This document shows positions 29,522-39,696 of a stretch of DNA of 64,000 bases, in pieces (position 1 is the first letter of the stretch; each line of letters begins with the position of its first letter). Origin of the DNA: Cellulosilyticum sp. (GTDB lineage Bacteria > Bacillota > Clostridia > Lachnospirales > Cellulosilyticaceae); assembly GCA_045612745.1 (NCBI GenBank), contig JAZKZQ010000062.1, positions 623 to 64,622 on the forward strand, given 5' to 3'. The notes beneath the pieces were generated by a model. It did not search any database. It worked only from the letters and a program-made list of their open reading frames with translations, and was not told the DNA's origin. The position numbers and the translations under genes were made by a program.

Positions 29522-31924
29522 TTACCTCATTGTCTCTACTAAATGTGTCGCAATTCTTACCGTTTCCATAGCATCTTTGGCATAATAATCTGCCTCTACA
29601 TATCTTGCTAATTCTTCTGTAAGTACCGCCCCACCTACAATAACTTTTACTTCAGGACAATGTTCTCTTAATTCTTTAATTGTATCCTTCATACTTGCTA
29701 CTGTTGTAGTCATTAAAGCACTTAATCCTACAATTTTTATATTCCAGTTTTTAACTGCCTCTACTACTTTTTCACTTGGTACATCTTTTCCTAAATCAAT
29801 GACTTCAAAATTATAATTTTCCATGATGACTTTTACAATATTTTTTCCTATATCATGAATATCACCATATACTGTTGCTAATACCACCTTTGTCTTTGAC
29901 ATGGTTTCATCATTTTGATTTCCTACAACCATCTCTTGTTGCAATCTTTCAAAGGCTGATTTAGCTGCTTCTGCTGATTTAATAAGTTGTGGTAAGAAAA
30001 TTTTTTGTGTCTCATAAAGCTTTCCTACCTCATCAAGGGCTGGTACAATATGCTGCTCAATAATATCTAGAGCTGATTTATTATTTAGAAGTGCATCAAC
30101 CTCTGTTCTAGCTTCTTCTTTTAAACCTTTTTTAATGGCAGTTTCTACAGAAATTGTTTCGGCATTTGCACCAGTAGTAGTTCCTTTTATACCTTCTTCT
30201 ATGTTAGAGTATTTCTCAATATATTCTTTGGCATCCATATCTTTTCCCATAAGCACTCTAAAAGCTGAAATAGCTTCCATCATGCCTGCATCAGATGGAT
30301 TCATAATAGGTGCATCTAAACCTTGCATAAGGGCTGCAGTTAGCATTGTTTTATTAATAATCGGGCGATTAGGTAAACCAAAGGAAACATTACTTACACC
30401 CAGTACTGTTTTAACACCTAATTCTTCTTTTACAAGTCTTACCGCTTTTAGTGTCTCCTTTACTAAAGCTTGTTGTGCAGAAGCCGTTACGACTAAGCAG
30501 TCAATAAAGACATCTTCTTTAGGAATGCCCATAGCTACTGCTGCATCTACAATACGTCTTGCAACTTCTAATCTTTCTTCTGCAGTATCTGGAATTCCTT
30601 TTTCATCTAAAGTTAAACCTAGAATACATGCCCCATATTTTTTAGCAATTGGTAAAATAGCTTCTAAACTTTCCTTTTTACCATTTACTGAGTTAATAAG
30701 TGGTTTTCCGTTATAAATACGACAGGCTTCTTCTAAAGCTTGTACATTGGATGAGTCAATCTGAAGTGGTAAATTTACCATACCTTGTACTTCCTTAACT
30801 GCCTTTTTAAGCATAGCTACCTCATCAATATCTGGAAGTCCCATATTTACATCTAATACATGGGCACCTTGTTCCTGCTGCTTAATAGCCTCACGAAGTA
30901 CATAGTCCATATCTTCTTTTCTAAGAGCTGCTTGAAGCATCTTTTTACCTGTAGGATTTAATCTTTCTCCTATTACTACTGTATCATCAAAGTAAACTGC
31001 CTTTGCCGCACTGCAAATTCCTGTCTTTCTTGGTACATTAGGTTTGATATAAGGTATTTCTTTTACCTTACTTATCATCTTAGCAATATACTCTGCATTT
31101 GTACCACAGCAACCACCTAATATTAAAACGCCCATCTTGGCAAACTCTAAGGCATATTCTGCAAATTCATCTGCTGTAATATCATATTTCACATTTTCCC
31201 CTTCCATCATAGGAAGTCCTGCATTAGGCTGAATCATGACTGGAATATGTGCTGTTTGTATAATTTTTTCTACTATAGGTTTAAGCTGCTTTGGCCCTAA
31301 TGAACAATTCACACCAAGTACATCTACACCAAGGCCTTCCAAAGTTAAAATCATAGACTCAATACTTGTCCCAAAGAAAGTTCTACCATTTTCTTCAAAA
31401 CTCATTGTGGCAAAGATAGGTAAATTTGTATTTTCCTTAGCTGCAAGTACTGCTGCTTTTAACTCATAAATATCTGTAAAAGTTTCAAATAAAACAACAT
31501 CACAACCGGCCTTCTCACCAGCTACAACTTGCTCTTTAAAAACTTCATAAATCTCCTCAAATGTCACATCACCCACTGGCTCTAGCATTTTTCCTGTAGA
31601 GCCAATGTCTAGTGCTACATAACTATTAGGAAAATCTGCCTTTGCCTTCTTAGCAATGTTTACAGCTTGCATAATCATCTCTTCTACTGTGCAATCTGTA
31701 TGTTCTAACTTATAACGATTTGCTCCAAAAGTATTAGTCGTTACAAAATTACACCCTGCTAACAAATATTCCCTGTGAATTTTCTCAATCACCTCTGGGT
31801 GCGTCATATTAAACATTTCTGGCACTTCTCCCAGCTTCAAACCGCAATTTTGGAGAACTGTCCCCATAGCACCATCAAAATATAAATGTGTATTTCCTAA
31901 TATATTACAACCCACATCGCTCAC
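29522..31924 (-). CDS. metH: Cobalamin-dependent methionine synthase (Hcy, folate, cap and B12 domains; no C-terminal activation domain)
   Basis: DGAMGT, GVNCS and GGCCGT Zn ligands, IGERLNPTG pterin domain, GDIHDIGKNIV B12 motif. Confidence 0.92.
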   Translation of the reverse strand: MSDVGCNILGNTHLYFDGAMGTVLQNCGLKLGEVPEMFNMTHPEVIEKIHREYLLAGCNFVTTNTFGANRYKLEHTDCTVEEMIMQAVNIAKKAKADFPNSYVALDIGSTGKMLEPVGDVTFEEIYEVFKEQVVAGEKAGCDVVLFETFTDIYELKAAVLAAKENTNLPIFATMSFEENGRTFFGTSIESMILTLEGLGVDVLGVNCSLGPKQLKPIVEKIIQTAHIPVMIQPNAGLPMMEGENVKYDITADEFAEYALEFAKMGVLILGGCCGTNAEYIAKMISKVKEIPYIKPNVPRKTGICSAAKAVYFDDTVVIGERLNPTGKKMLQAALRKEDMDYVLREAIKQQEQGAHVLDVNMGLPDIDEVAMLKKAVKEVQGMVNLPLQIDSSNVQALEEACRIYNGKPLINSVNGKKESLEAILPIAKKYGACILGLTLDEKGIPDTAEERLEVARRIVDAAVAMGIPKEDVFIDCLVVTASAQQALVKETLKAVRLVKEELGVKTVLGVSNVSFGLPNRPIINKTMLTAALMQGLDAPIMNPSDAGMMEAISAFRVLMGKDMDAKEYIEKYSNIEEGIKGTTTGANAETISVETAIKKGLKEEARTEVDALLNNKSALDIIEQHIVPALDEVGKLYETQKIFLPQLIKSAEAAKSAFERLQQEMVVGNQNDETMSKTKVVLATVYGDIHDIGKNIVKVIMENYNFEVIDLGKDVPSEKVVEAVKNWNIKIVGLSALMTTTVASMKDTIKELREHCPEVKVIVGGAVLTEELARYVEADYYAKDAMETVRIATHLVETMR

Positions 31925-32573
31925 CTCTTCTTCGATAGCTACATGTCCTCACTAAGTTACATGTGCCACATGATTTTTGTCTATTTTCCTTTTGATTTGA
32001 AATGCCTACAATAGCCGTAATAGACTTTGCAGGGACTAGCATATTTGTTTTCGTTAATGTAAGTCCTATTTTCTTTTCTGCCTGAAGGATATCTAAAAGA
32101 TTTCGCTGTGCCTCTAGGGGTACATTTCCATATCCAGGACTAAATCGCATTGTAAAAAATTTATCTTGCGGTAACTGATTCATTAATTCTTGTTCTAAGT
32201 CATCACATACTTTATCAATAAGCACAGAAGCACATGCATCCAAAACTACAGCGTCTAGCATACTCAGTCTCTGCTTAATGCCTATTTGCCTATCTACTTG
32301 TATGCCTAAAGTGACTGCCATCACATAGCACGCTTTGGAATTCTCAAGTAACTTGGCTAGGTCACTACTTACAATACTACAAGAAGTATTCTCAAAGAAT
32401 ACTGTTTCCCCTTCTAAGTTTACACCTAGCTTCTCATAAACCATTCTAGGTACTGCTATCCTCTCTAATTCTTCATAAGTAACCTCTACCTTATTGAGAA
32501 TTTCCTGCTCTGCATGTTCCTTGGGCATCCCTATATATCTTAAAGCTTCACTTACCATAGTATGTGTCATCAT
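31905..32573 (-). CDS. Stand-alone methionine synthase reactivation (AdoMet-binding) domain protein
   Basis: MAVTLG, RFSPGYG, MLVPAKSITAIVG; overlaps metH start. Confidence 0.85.
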   Translation of the reverse strand: MMTHTMVSEALRYIGMPKEHAEQEILNKVEVTYEELERIAVPRMVYEKLGVNLEGETVFFENTSCSIVSSDLAKLLENSKACYVMAVTLGIQVDRQIGIKQRLSMLDAVVLDACASVLIDKVCDDLEQELMNQLPQDKFFTMRFSPGYGNVPLEAQRNLLDILQAEKKIGLTLTKTNMLVPAKSITAIVGISNQKENRQKSCGTCNLVRTCSYRRRGERCGL

Positions 32574-32643
32574 TCCCTCCCTCCCAAGCCTAATGCTTCA
32601 TCCAATCATTTATTTAATATCCATTATGTACTATTTACTACTT

Positions 32644-33522
32644 TTATACTTTCTTCACTCTTAGTGCATACAATATCCCACGGATATTCTCCATAATACG
32701 CTTTGCAATATCTGGCTGATTCATTGTATACAAATGAATCCCATCCACGCCATGTGCTAAAAGGTCAATAATTTGCTCCGTCGCATAAATAATACCAGCT
32801 TCTTTCATAGCCAAGCTATTATGTCCATAGGCTTTAACGAATTGCTGTACACTCTCAGGAAGTGTTGCCCCACACATGGAAATCATGCGATCTACTTGCT
32901 TTGCTGAAGTAAGTGGCATAATTCCAGCAATTACGGGTACTTCTATACCTAGTGCTCTTACTTTATCATGAAAACTATAAAAAGCTTCATTATCAAAGAA
33001 AAGTTGTGTAATAAGTGCATCTGAACCACACGCTACCTTATGCTTTAAAAACTTTAAATCCTCTTCCATACTATAGGCTTCAATATGTTTATGTGGATAG
33101 CATGCACCAAGCACATTAAAATCATAATTCTCTTTTATGTAGGCTGTTAGCTCAGAAGCATGTTTAAAATCTCCTAACACAGCATTTTCATTTAAATCCC
33201 CTCGCATGGCTAAAATATTTTCTACACCTTTTTCTTTAAGCTCATTTAAAATACAATCTATGTCTTCTTTTTTACTACCTACACAGGTGAGATGGGCTAA
33301 TGCAGGAATGTTATACTTCATTTGAATAGCCGATGCAATCTCTACAGTATTCTCCCTGCTACTCCCACCAGCCCCATAAGTAACACTAATGAAGTCTGGT
33401 GATAAGCTAGCAAGTGCATCAATTGTGGAAAAAATCCCTTCTAAGTCTGCTTTTCCTTTAGGTGGAAAAATTTCAAAAGAAAATGTTGGTTTTGTAATTG
33501 TCCCTAATCTTTTTTGTAACAT
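32644..33522 (-). CDS. metF: 5,10-methylenetetrahydrofolate reductase
   Basis: FSFEIFPPK, SVTYGAGG, AHLTC, AMRGD, ITQLFFD, GIHLYTMN. Confidence 0.96.
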   Translation of the reverse strand: MLQKRLGTITKPTFSFEIFPPKGKADLEGIFSTIDALASLSPDFISVTYGAGGSSRENTVEIASAIQMKYNIPALAHLTCVGSKKEDIDCILNELKEKGVENILAMRGDLNENAVLGDFKHASELTAYIKENYDFNVLGACYPHKHIEAYSMEEDLKFLKHKVACGSDALITQLFFDNEAFYSFHDKVRALGIEVPVIAGIMPLTSAKQVDRMISMCGATLPESVQQFVKAYGHNSLAMKEAGIIYATEQIIDLLAHGVDGIHLYTMNQPDIAKRIMENIRGILYALRVKKV

Positions 33523-33546
33523 ATTAAATCTCCTCTTTTGTTAAAA

Positions 33547-34155
33547 TCAATCTTTTCTGAGTACTGATACAAACGAATTCCCTTTTATATAAAAACGCCA
33601 CTCTACATCTTGATACTCTTCAGCATAAGGTATATTAATACGCTTATCTGATACAATATCATTGCATAGCGGCGCATCTTCTATCCATAACTGCCCCTCC
33701 TCCAATACTGATTTTGCATTTAATTCTTTATCTATTTTTAAGGCCTTACATAACTTTCCTGGTCCATTAGTAAGGTCTTCTACTTTTTTAGAGCGAATAG
33801 GTCGATTTTCCCTTGCGAATAATATACTCATTTCATCCACAGGTTCTACTGCTCTTATAAGCACTGCCTGTGGATTATCCTTGGAGTTAACCACAATATT
33901 AAGACAGTTATACATCCCATAGATTAAATAGATATAAGTAATGCCACCTTCTTCAAACATGGGTTCTGTACGTTTCGTTCGTCTTCCGCCATAAGAATGT
34001 GCACCCTTATCTTCTACACCCATATAAGCTTCTGTTTCTACAATTTTAAAATAATAATTTTTTCCACCTATATGCCTTACAAGTATTTTTCCTAATAAGG
34101 CTTTAGCAACCGTAATACTATCTCTCATATAGAAATCTTTTGTTAATCTATTCAT
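33547..34155 (-). CDS. DNA-3-methyladenine glycosylase (MPG/AAG family)
   Basis: IVETEAY, YIYLIYGMY, AVLIRAVEP, LTNGPGKLCKAL. Confidence 0.93.
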   Translation of the reverse strand: MNRLTKDFYMRDSITVAKALLGKILVRHIGGKNYYFKIVETEAYMGVEDKGAHSYGGRRTKRTEPMFEEGGITYIYLIYGMYNCLNIVVNSKDNPQAVLIRAVEPVDEMSILFARENRPIRSKKVEDLTNGPGKLCKALKIDKELNAKSVLEEGQLWIEDAPLCNDIVSDKRINIPYAEEYQDVEWRFYIKGNSFVSVLRKD

Positions 34156-34179
34156 GTATCTACTCCTTAGTACATATTA

Positions 34180-35061
34180 TCACTGCATCTGACGTATAAT
34201 TTTTTCCATCTTCATTTCTTGATAAACCGCATTAATCTCCGCTCCCACTAAAAGCACCATACAGCTAGCATATAACCATATAAGCAAAATAAATACACTT
34301 CCTATACTACCATATAATTGATTGTATTTACTATAATTATCTATATATATGGAGAAAATTAGAGAAAATCCATACCAACCTGCTGAAGCAGCAAGTGTTC
34401 CTAACCACACATTTTTGACTTTTAAGTACCTTCTTGGCACAATACGATATATAATATACAAAACAACAATAAGGGCAATAAAAGGCATACTGAGCCTAAT
34501 TACATTCCATATAGGCATAATAATTCCCCTATTTAAATGTAATACGTTAATGACATAACTACCTATACGATTACCAAAAACTAATGCTACCATCATCAAA
34601 ATAAGTAATAATGCAAATAAAAATGTATAGACAATAGCAACAACCTTAGAAAGCCAAAACGGCTTTACAAATTTAGAATTATAGGCTAGGTGAATACCTC
34701 TTAGTAATGCATTAACTGCCGTTCCACCAGACCACAATGAAATAAGTACTCCTACAGATAAAAGCGTTGTACTTCTATATAAAATAAACTGATTAATAGT
34801 AGTCTCAATAAAAGGCATCAGTGAATTTGGTACTATAGTAGCAATATAATCCATCAGAACATTTACTGAAATATTAGCAAATGTTAATAAACTAATCACA
34901 ACAATTAAAAAGGGAAAAAAAGCCATAATCCAGTAATAGGCAATCTGTGCACTATTTGCTGCTACATTATGCGCTGTATATCGCTTAATTAACTTTTTTA
35001 TAAAAACCCCTACTTGATTTTCCATGAATGTTCTCCTTAACTTTAACTTCCCCATGTACAT
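34180..35061 (-). CDS. YihY/BrkB-family membrane protein
   Basis: SAQIAYY..FFPFL, YNQLYGSIGSVFILLIWLY, GAEINA; true start may be ATG 35025. Confidence 0.9.
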   Translation of the reverse strand: MYMGKLKLRRTFMENQVGVFIKKLIKRYTAHNVAANSAQIAYYWIMAFFPFLIVVISLLTFANISVNVLMDYIATIVPNSLMPFIETTINQFILYRSTTLLSVGVLISLWSGGTAVNALLRGIHLAYNSKFVKPFWLSKVVAIVYTFLFALLLILMMVALVFGNRIGSYVINVLHLNRGIIMPIWNVIRLSMPFIALIVVLYIIYRIVPRRYLKVKNVWLGTLAASAGWYGFSLIFSIYIDNYSKYNQLYGSIGSVFILLIWLYASCMVLLVGAEINAVYQEMKMEKIIRQMQ

Positions 35062-35224
35062 TATTCCTAGTTGATACTATTATTTATACTACTTATATAC
35101 TTGAATATAGAACTAAATTACAGAATATCTCCATCTAAACTATTCTTATCGATTCCTTGATAACTAATATATCTCCCTAATATTTAAATCCATATCCTTA
35201 ATTGATAGTAAATATAACTTTATT

Positions 35225-35263
35225 AAAAAAACAGAGTGCATGTTTTGACATACACTCTGTTTT
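35225..35263 (-). terminator. Intrinsic terminator
   Basis: aaaaaaacagagtg / cactctgtttt downstream of 35318..35803. Confidence 0.7.
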
Positions 35264-35317
35264 CATATTTACTATTTAAATCTTAACCCAACGATATTGG
35301 ACGTCCTAAGATTCTCT

Positions 35318-35803
35318 TTATTTTTTGTTCTTTTTATCTTTTTTATTATCGTTATTACTTTGTAATGCTGCTTGTGCTTTATCTTGCGCTTTAGCAAATA
35401 TACCTTTTTTCTTAGTCTCTGGAAGTTTACCTGAGATTACATTTACGATAAGAATACCTGCAAGTTCAACTTTAATTTGCTTTTTAGTAGGAATGCTATT
35501 ATAGATTTTTTCATCACACATAAGAGTATGAATTTGTGGACCAATTTTAGCAATTACTACTGGCATTTTACGTTTTTTATACATCCAAGGAAGTTGTTCC
35601 TTCATTTGTTTTGGAAGTTTAAGATTATCTAATTTATCTTTCTTTTTATCGATTATAAAAATTGAAACTGCTTGTTTGTTTTGTGAAATAAGTTGTTGTT
35701 GTTCATCATATTTCCCTTGTAATTTTCTTCCCCAGAAATATAATCCAACCATTGCAACAACTAAAATTGCTATTACAATCCAGAATATTGTCCAGCCGTT
35801 CAT
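35318..35803 (-). CDS. Hypothetical membrane-anchored basic protein
   Basis: 161 aa, N-terminal TM, AGGAGG RBS, own terminator; no family recognised. Confidence 0.75.
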   Translation of the reverse strand: MNGWTIFWIVIAILVVAMVGLYFWGRKLQGKYDEQQQLISQNKQAVSIFIIDKKKDKLDNLKLPKQMKEQLPWMYKKRKMPVVIAKIGPQIHTLMCDEKIYNSIPTKKQIKVELAGILIVNVISGKLPETKKKGIFAKAQDKAQAALQSNNDNKKDKKNKK

Positions 35804-35983
35804 TGGGATGTTCCTCCTTATTAATTCTATACCATCATGTATATTTTTTAGCTTTTATATACTGATTTTATCCTACAAAAGCTATTTTAATAAAGTATAT
35901 CATACCAAAACTTATAAGACAATGTTGTTAATAATTTTTGTTTTATAGTATATAATAGTAATAATGATTATTTTACTTAAAAG

Positions 35984-37450
35984 GTGGTGCCTAATATGAT
36001 TACCAACACTTTACATTTAACTTGGATTGATATCTTTTTATTTATTAATATTCTCCTTGTTTTTTCTGTTGTATTTTGGCACCATAAAACAGCAAGTACT
36101 ACTTGGGCATGGATTATGATTATGCTTTTTGTACCTATTCTAGGCTTCATTCTGTATCTTTTCTGCGGTCAAGATCTTCGAAAGCAAAAAACCTTTACAA
36201 AAAAATGTGAACAAGACCGCTTTTTAGCTGTTAAACTTCTTCAAGAAATCTCGCTTAAACACCCCCTTAACCAATATGGCAATCCACTTATTGCATCTTA
36301 TAAAAACTTAATTACTATGAATCTCATTTCTCACGACTCGCTTTATACTGAAGATAATAGTGTTAAAATTTATACTGATGGTAATGAACTTTTCACAGCC
36401 CTTTTTCATGCCATTAACTCAGCACAACGTTATATTCATATTGAATATTATATTATCCATGATGATGAACTAGGACGATTATTTAAAGATCTTCTCATTA
36501 AAAAAGCTAAACAGGGTATCGATATTTTTTTACTGTATGATGAAGTGGGTTCCTTAAAAACACCAAAAAAATACTTTACTGACCTTAAACATGCTGGTGT
36601 GAAAGTTGCTCATTTTTATCCTACACTCATTCCTTTTTTCAAACTACATGCCAACTATCGCAATCACCGAAAAATATGTGTCATAGATGGTAAAGTAGGA
36701 TTTATTGGTGGTTTCAATGTAGGTGCTGAATATCTAGGCCTTAATGAAAAATTCGGTTACTGGCGTGATACCCATTTACGTATTGAGGGGAGTAGCGTAG
36801 ACCTTATTAATCTTCAATTTTTATTAGATAGGCGTTTCGCCACGAATGAAAATTTAAACTTAGAGCGATACATTCCAGTTCATCTACCTCCTACCATAAA
36901 CAAAGTAGGTATGCAAATCGTCTCTAGCGGTCCTGACTCTAAGCATCCTAGTATCCGTAATGCTTATATGACCATGATTAATTTAGCCAAAAAATCTATT
37001 TATATTCAAACACCTTACTTCATTCCTGATGATGGTGTTTTTACTGCCCTTAAACTTGCATGTCTATCCGGCCTCGATGTACGCATTATGATTCCTAACA
37101 AACCAGATCACATGTTTGTCTACTGGGCCACCTATGCACATATTGGTGAACTTCTTGATTGTGGCTGCAAATGTTATACCTATGAGCATGGTTTTCTCCA
37201 TGCTAAAACCATCATTATAGACGAAGAAATTTGTTCCGTTGGCACTGCCAACTTCGATATCCGCAGCTTTAATCTAAACTTTGAAATCAACGCTATCATT
37301 TATAATAAATCCATAGCCAAGCAGCTCACTGGTATTTTTAATGAAGACCTAACTCTTTGCAACGAGCTTACCCAAACCATCTATTCTAATCGTTCTCTTC
37401 TCATTAAGTTTAAAGAATCTATCTCTAGGCTCATCTCACCTATCCTATAA
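35984..37450 (+). CDS. cls: Cardiolipin synthase
   Basis: Two HKD motifs (NHRKICVID, LHAKTIIID), N-terminal PLDc_N TM pair. Confidence 0.95.
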   Translation: MVPNMITNTLHLTWIDIFLFINILLVFSVVFWHHKTASTTWAWIMIMLFVPILGFILYLFCGQDLRKQKTFTKKCEQDRFLAVKLLQEISLKHPLNQYGNPLIASYKNLITMNLISHDSLYTEDNSVKIYTDGNELFTALFHAINSAQRYIHIEYYIIHDDELGRLFKDLLIKKAKQGIDIFLLYDEVGSLKTPKKYFTDLKHAGVKVAHFYPTLIPFFKLHANYRNHRKICVIDGKVGFIGGFNVGAEYLGLNEKFGYWRDTHLRIEGSSVDLINLQFLLDRRFATNENLNLERYIPVHLPPTINKVGMQIVSSGPDSKHPSIRNAYMTMINLAKKSIYIQTPYFIPDDGVFTALKLACLSGLDVRIMIPNKPDHMFVYWATYAHIGELLDCGCKCYTYEHGFLHAKTIIIDEEICSVGTANFDIRSFNLNFEINAIIYNKSIAKQLTGIFNEDLTLCNELTQTIYSNRSLLIKFKESISRLISPIL

Positions 37451-37497
37451 AAAAGGAGTGTATAGCAAAACTTATGTACTTTTGCCATACACTCCTT
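37449..37497. terminator. Bidirectional terminator between convergent cls and fapA-like gene
   Basis: aaggagtgtatagcaaaa / ttttgccatacactcctt. Confidence 0.75.
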
Positions 37498-37505
37498 CTA
37501 TATAT

Positions 37506-38888
37506 TTAGTAAATACTTAGTTCACCATCAATTTTTCTTATCGTTACACCACGTCTTGTATCATCAATATATTTGACAATGTTTCCTAATGTGATTTTTA
37601 CACCAGGATATAAGGCATCATTTGCTTTAATTACACCATCTTGTGCACCATTTAGTCTGTCAGTCAACATCTTAAATTCTTTTCTTAACTTGTAAACTTC
37701 ATCTACTAATGGTTGTTTTGTTAATTTAAGCTTACTGAGCATTATCTTTCTACTAGCATCTAGTGTACCTTCTTTATCCTTAACTTCTAAGAATTTAATA
37801 CTTTGCTCTATCTTCTCTAAGTCTTCTTTCTTATCTTTTAATTCTTTTGCTAGTACTCTATGCTGCTGATACAATTCTGGCAGTACACCTATTTGTACTG
37901 AAGTTATAGTTCCCATAGGTGAACCAATACTTTTTGCAACAATCTGATTTGTAGCTGCTATTTCACCTCCAACAATTGAGCCCTTACCCATTTCTGCACG
38001 TATACTATTTCCAGCAGTAACTACACCATGAATAATAGCCTCTGTTATAATATCTCCTCCAGCTTCTACACGGGCATTTTGTATGAACTTAGTCACAACA
38101 TTGCCACCTGCAGTAATTCTTCCTTTTTCAGTTCCTTGGATACCATATGTAAGGAAAATATCTCCCCCAGCAATAATGGTTGCATCCTCTACCGGTCCCT
38201 GTACTTCTACTGATCCTTCAGCTTCAATCGTAAAACCTGCATGAACACTTCCTCTTACCACCACACTACCTAAAAATTTGATATTTCCTGTTGAACTATC
38301 TACATCACCATTTACAGTATAGACAGTATTAATATATACATTATGTCCATCATACTCTAGTTTGCCATCTACACTTGCTACTAAAGTATGTTCATTTAAA
38401 AGTTCTGTATTCTTTCCTTTTGGCAACCTAACGTCTTTACCTTTTTTAGCTCTAAGTTCAGCTCCTACTACATTATAGCCATTTTCTCCTTGTGTTGGAA
38501 ATGTCTTAGTAGCCAGTATATCGCCCTTCTTGACATTAAAAACTGTACCTAAATCCTTAAAGTCTACTGTACCATCTTCTTTTTTCTTGGGCACAAAATG
38601 TATTAGACGTTGTGTATCAAAGTTAAGCTTAAGCTCACCATTCTCACCATTTACAGCTGCCTTACCTTGTGCAATTATATATTTAAAGTTGTATTTCCTA
38701 CTCTGTGCTAATTCCCTTACTAACTCTTCATTAATCCCCATCACTATTCCCTTATTGGCAATAGCTACCTTAATTTCTTCTAGGCCTAACATTTTTCCGT
38801 CTTCTGTTGGTGCTGTAAACCAAACAACTCCCAACATCTTATCACGAGATAATTCTACACTAATTGTTTCATTAACTACTTCCGGCAT
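37506..38888 (-). CDS. FapA/DUF342-family flagellar assembly-associated protein
   Basis: DGTVDFKDLG, VNGDVDSSTGNIKFLGSV, beta-helix repeats, IGSPMGTIT, LYPGVKI; start reassigned to ATG 38888 behind AAGGAGG. Confidence 0.85.
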   Translation of the reverse strand: MPEVVNETISVELSRDKMLGVVWFTAPTEDGKMLGLEEIKVAIANKGIVMGINEELVRELAQSRKYNFKYIIAQGKAAVNGENGELKLNFDTQRLIHFVPKKKEDGTVDFKDLGTVFNVKKGDILATKTFPTQGENGYNVVGAELRAKKGKDVRLPKGKNTELLNEHTLVASVDGKLEYDGHNVYINTVYTVNGDVDSSTGNIKFLGSVVVRGSVHAGFTIEAEGSVEVQGPVEDATIIAGGDIFLTYGIQGTEKGRITAGGNVVTKFIQNARVEAGGDIITEAIIHGVVTAGNSIRAEMGKGSIVGGEIAATNQIVAKSIGSPMGTITSVQIGVLPELYQQHRVLAKELKDKKEDLEKIEQSIKFLEVKDKEGTLDASRKIMLSKLKLTKQPLVDEVYKLRKEFKMLTDRLNGAQDGVIKANDALYPGVKITLGNIVKYIDDTRRGVTIRKIDGELSIY

Positions 38889-38936
38889 AATATTCGCCTC
38901 CTTAGCAAAGTTACTGTTACACACTTTCGATATATT

Positions 38937-39686
38937 TTACTTATCTATAATTTCTTGCATTAAGTCTCTTACAACAGTTTCTACCATAGACGGTAATATT
39001 TTTATGTCTTCTTTATTCAGTTGTTTTACCTCTATAGGTTTCCCTATATTTAAAGTTACTGTGGCACTTTGAATTCCTTTTTTCTCTTCAAATACTTTAT
39101 ACGTATTATGAATAGCAATTGGAACAATAGGCACCCCAGTTTTGGTGGCTAGTTTAAAGCAGCCTCCTTTAAATTCTTTAATTTTATCACCAGATACTCT
39201 TGTACCTTCTGGAAAAGCTACAATAGACTGTCCACTTCTAAGTTCATTCACCCCATGTATAATGCTTTCTAATGCTTTCCGCTTATCATCTCTATCAATG
39301 TAAATTGCACCAAGTGCGGCAAACCAAGTATTAATCATTTGCATTTTAGCAACTTCTTTTTTTGCTAAAAATATGCAAGGATCTTCTATAGTACTTACTA
39401 GAACCACTATATCAAAAATACTTTTGTGATTTGCAATATAAAGTACTGGTCCTTCTGTAGGCAAATTTTCTCTACCTATTACCTTTAAATCCATATTAGC
39501 CGCCTTGATCATACGATTTGCTAAGTACTTCGTAAGCTTATATACTTCCTTTCTGCTTTCACGTACCGAATGCTTTTTATTTCCGTAAGCATATTCCTTG
39601 CGTTTTTTTGCAAGCTTTAAATGATTATATCCCATTGTACTTAACATTTTTATGTTATTAATCAATATACAATCTTTTTTCACCAA
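38937..39686 (-). CDS. plsC: 1-acyl-sn-glycerol-3-phosphate acyltransferase
   Basis: NHKSIFD (HxxxxD), IDR, FPEGTR, VPIVP. Confidence 0.9.
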   Translation of the reverse strand: MVKKDCILINNIKMLSTMGYNHLKLAKKRKEYAYGNKKHSVRESRKEVYKLTKYLANRMIKAANMDLKVIGRENLPTEGPVLYIANHKSIFDIVVLVSTIEDPCIFLAKKEVAKMQMINTWFAALGAIYIDRDDKRKALESIIHGVNELRSGQSIVAFPEGTRVSGDKIKEFKGGCFKLATKTGVPIVPIAIHNTYKVFEEKKGIQSATVTLNIGKPIEVKQLNKEDIKILPSMVETVVRDLMQEIIDK

Positions 39687-39696
39687 TATGCTTCAC

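Noticed and set aside
30135-30716. 193-aa plus-strand ORF
   Set aside because: Fully antisense to metH in a mirror frame; same for the other short antisense ORFs over atp, pncB, MCP, ileS and amylase genes
33523-33546. SAM riboswitch or Met T-box before metF
   Set aside because: Only 24 bp between mpg and metF, no room or motifs
38530-39072. 180-aa plus-strand ORF
   Set aside because: Antisense to fapA-like and plsC genes, no RBS or domain signal
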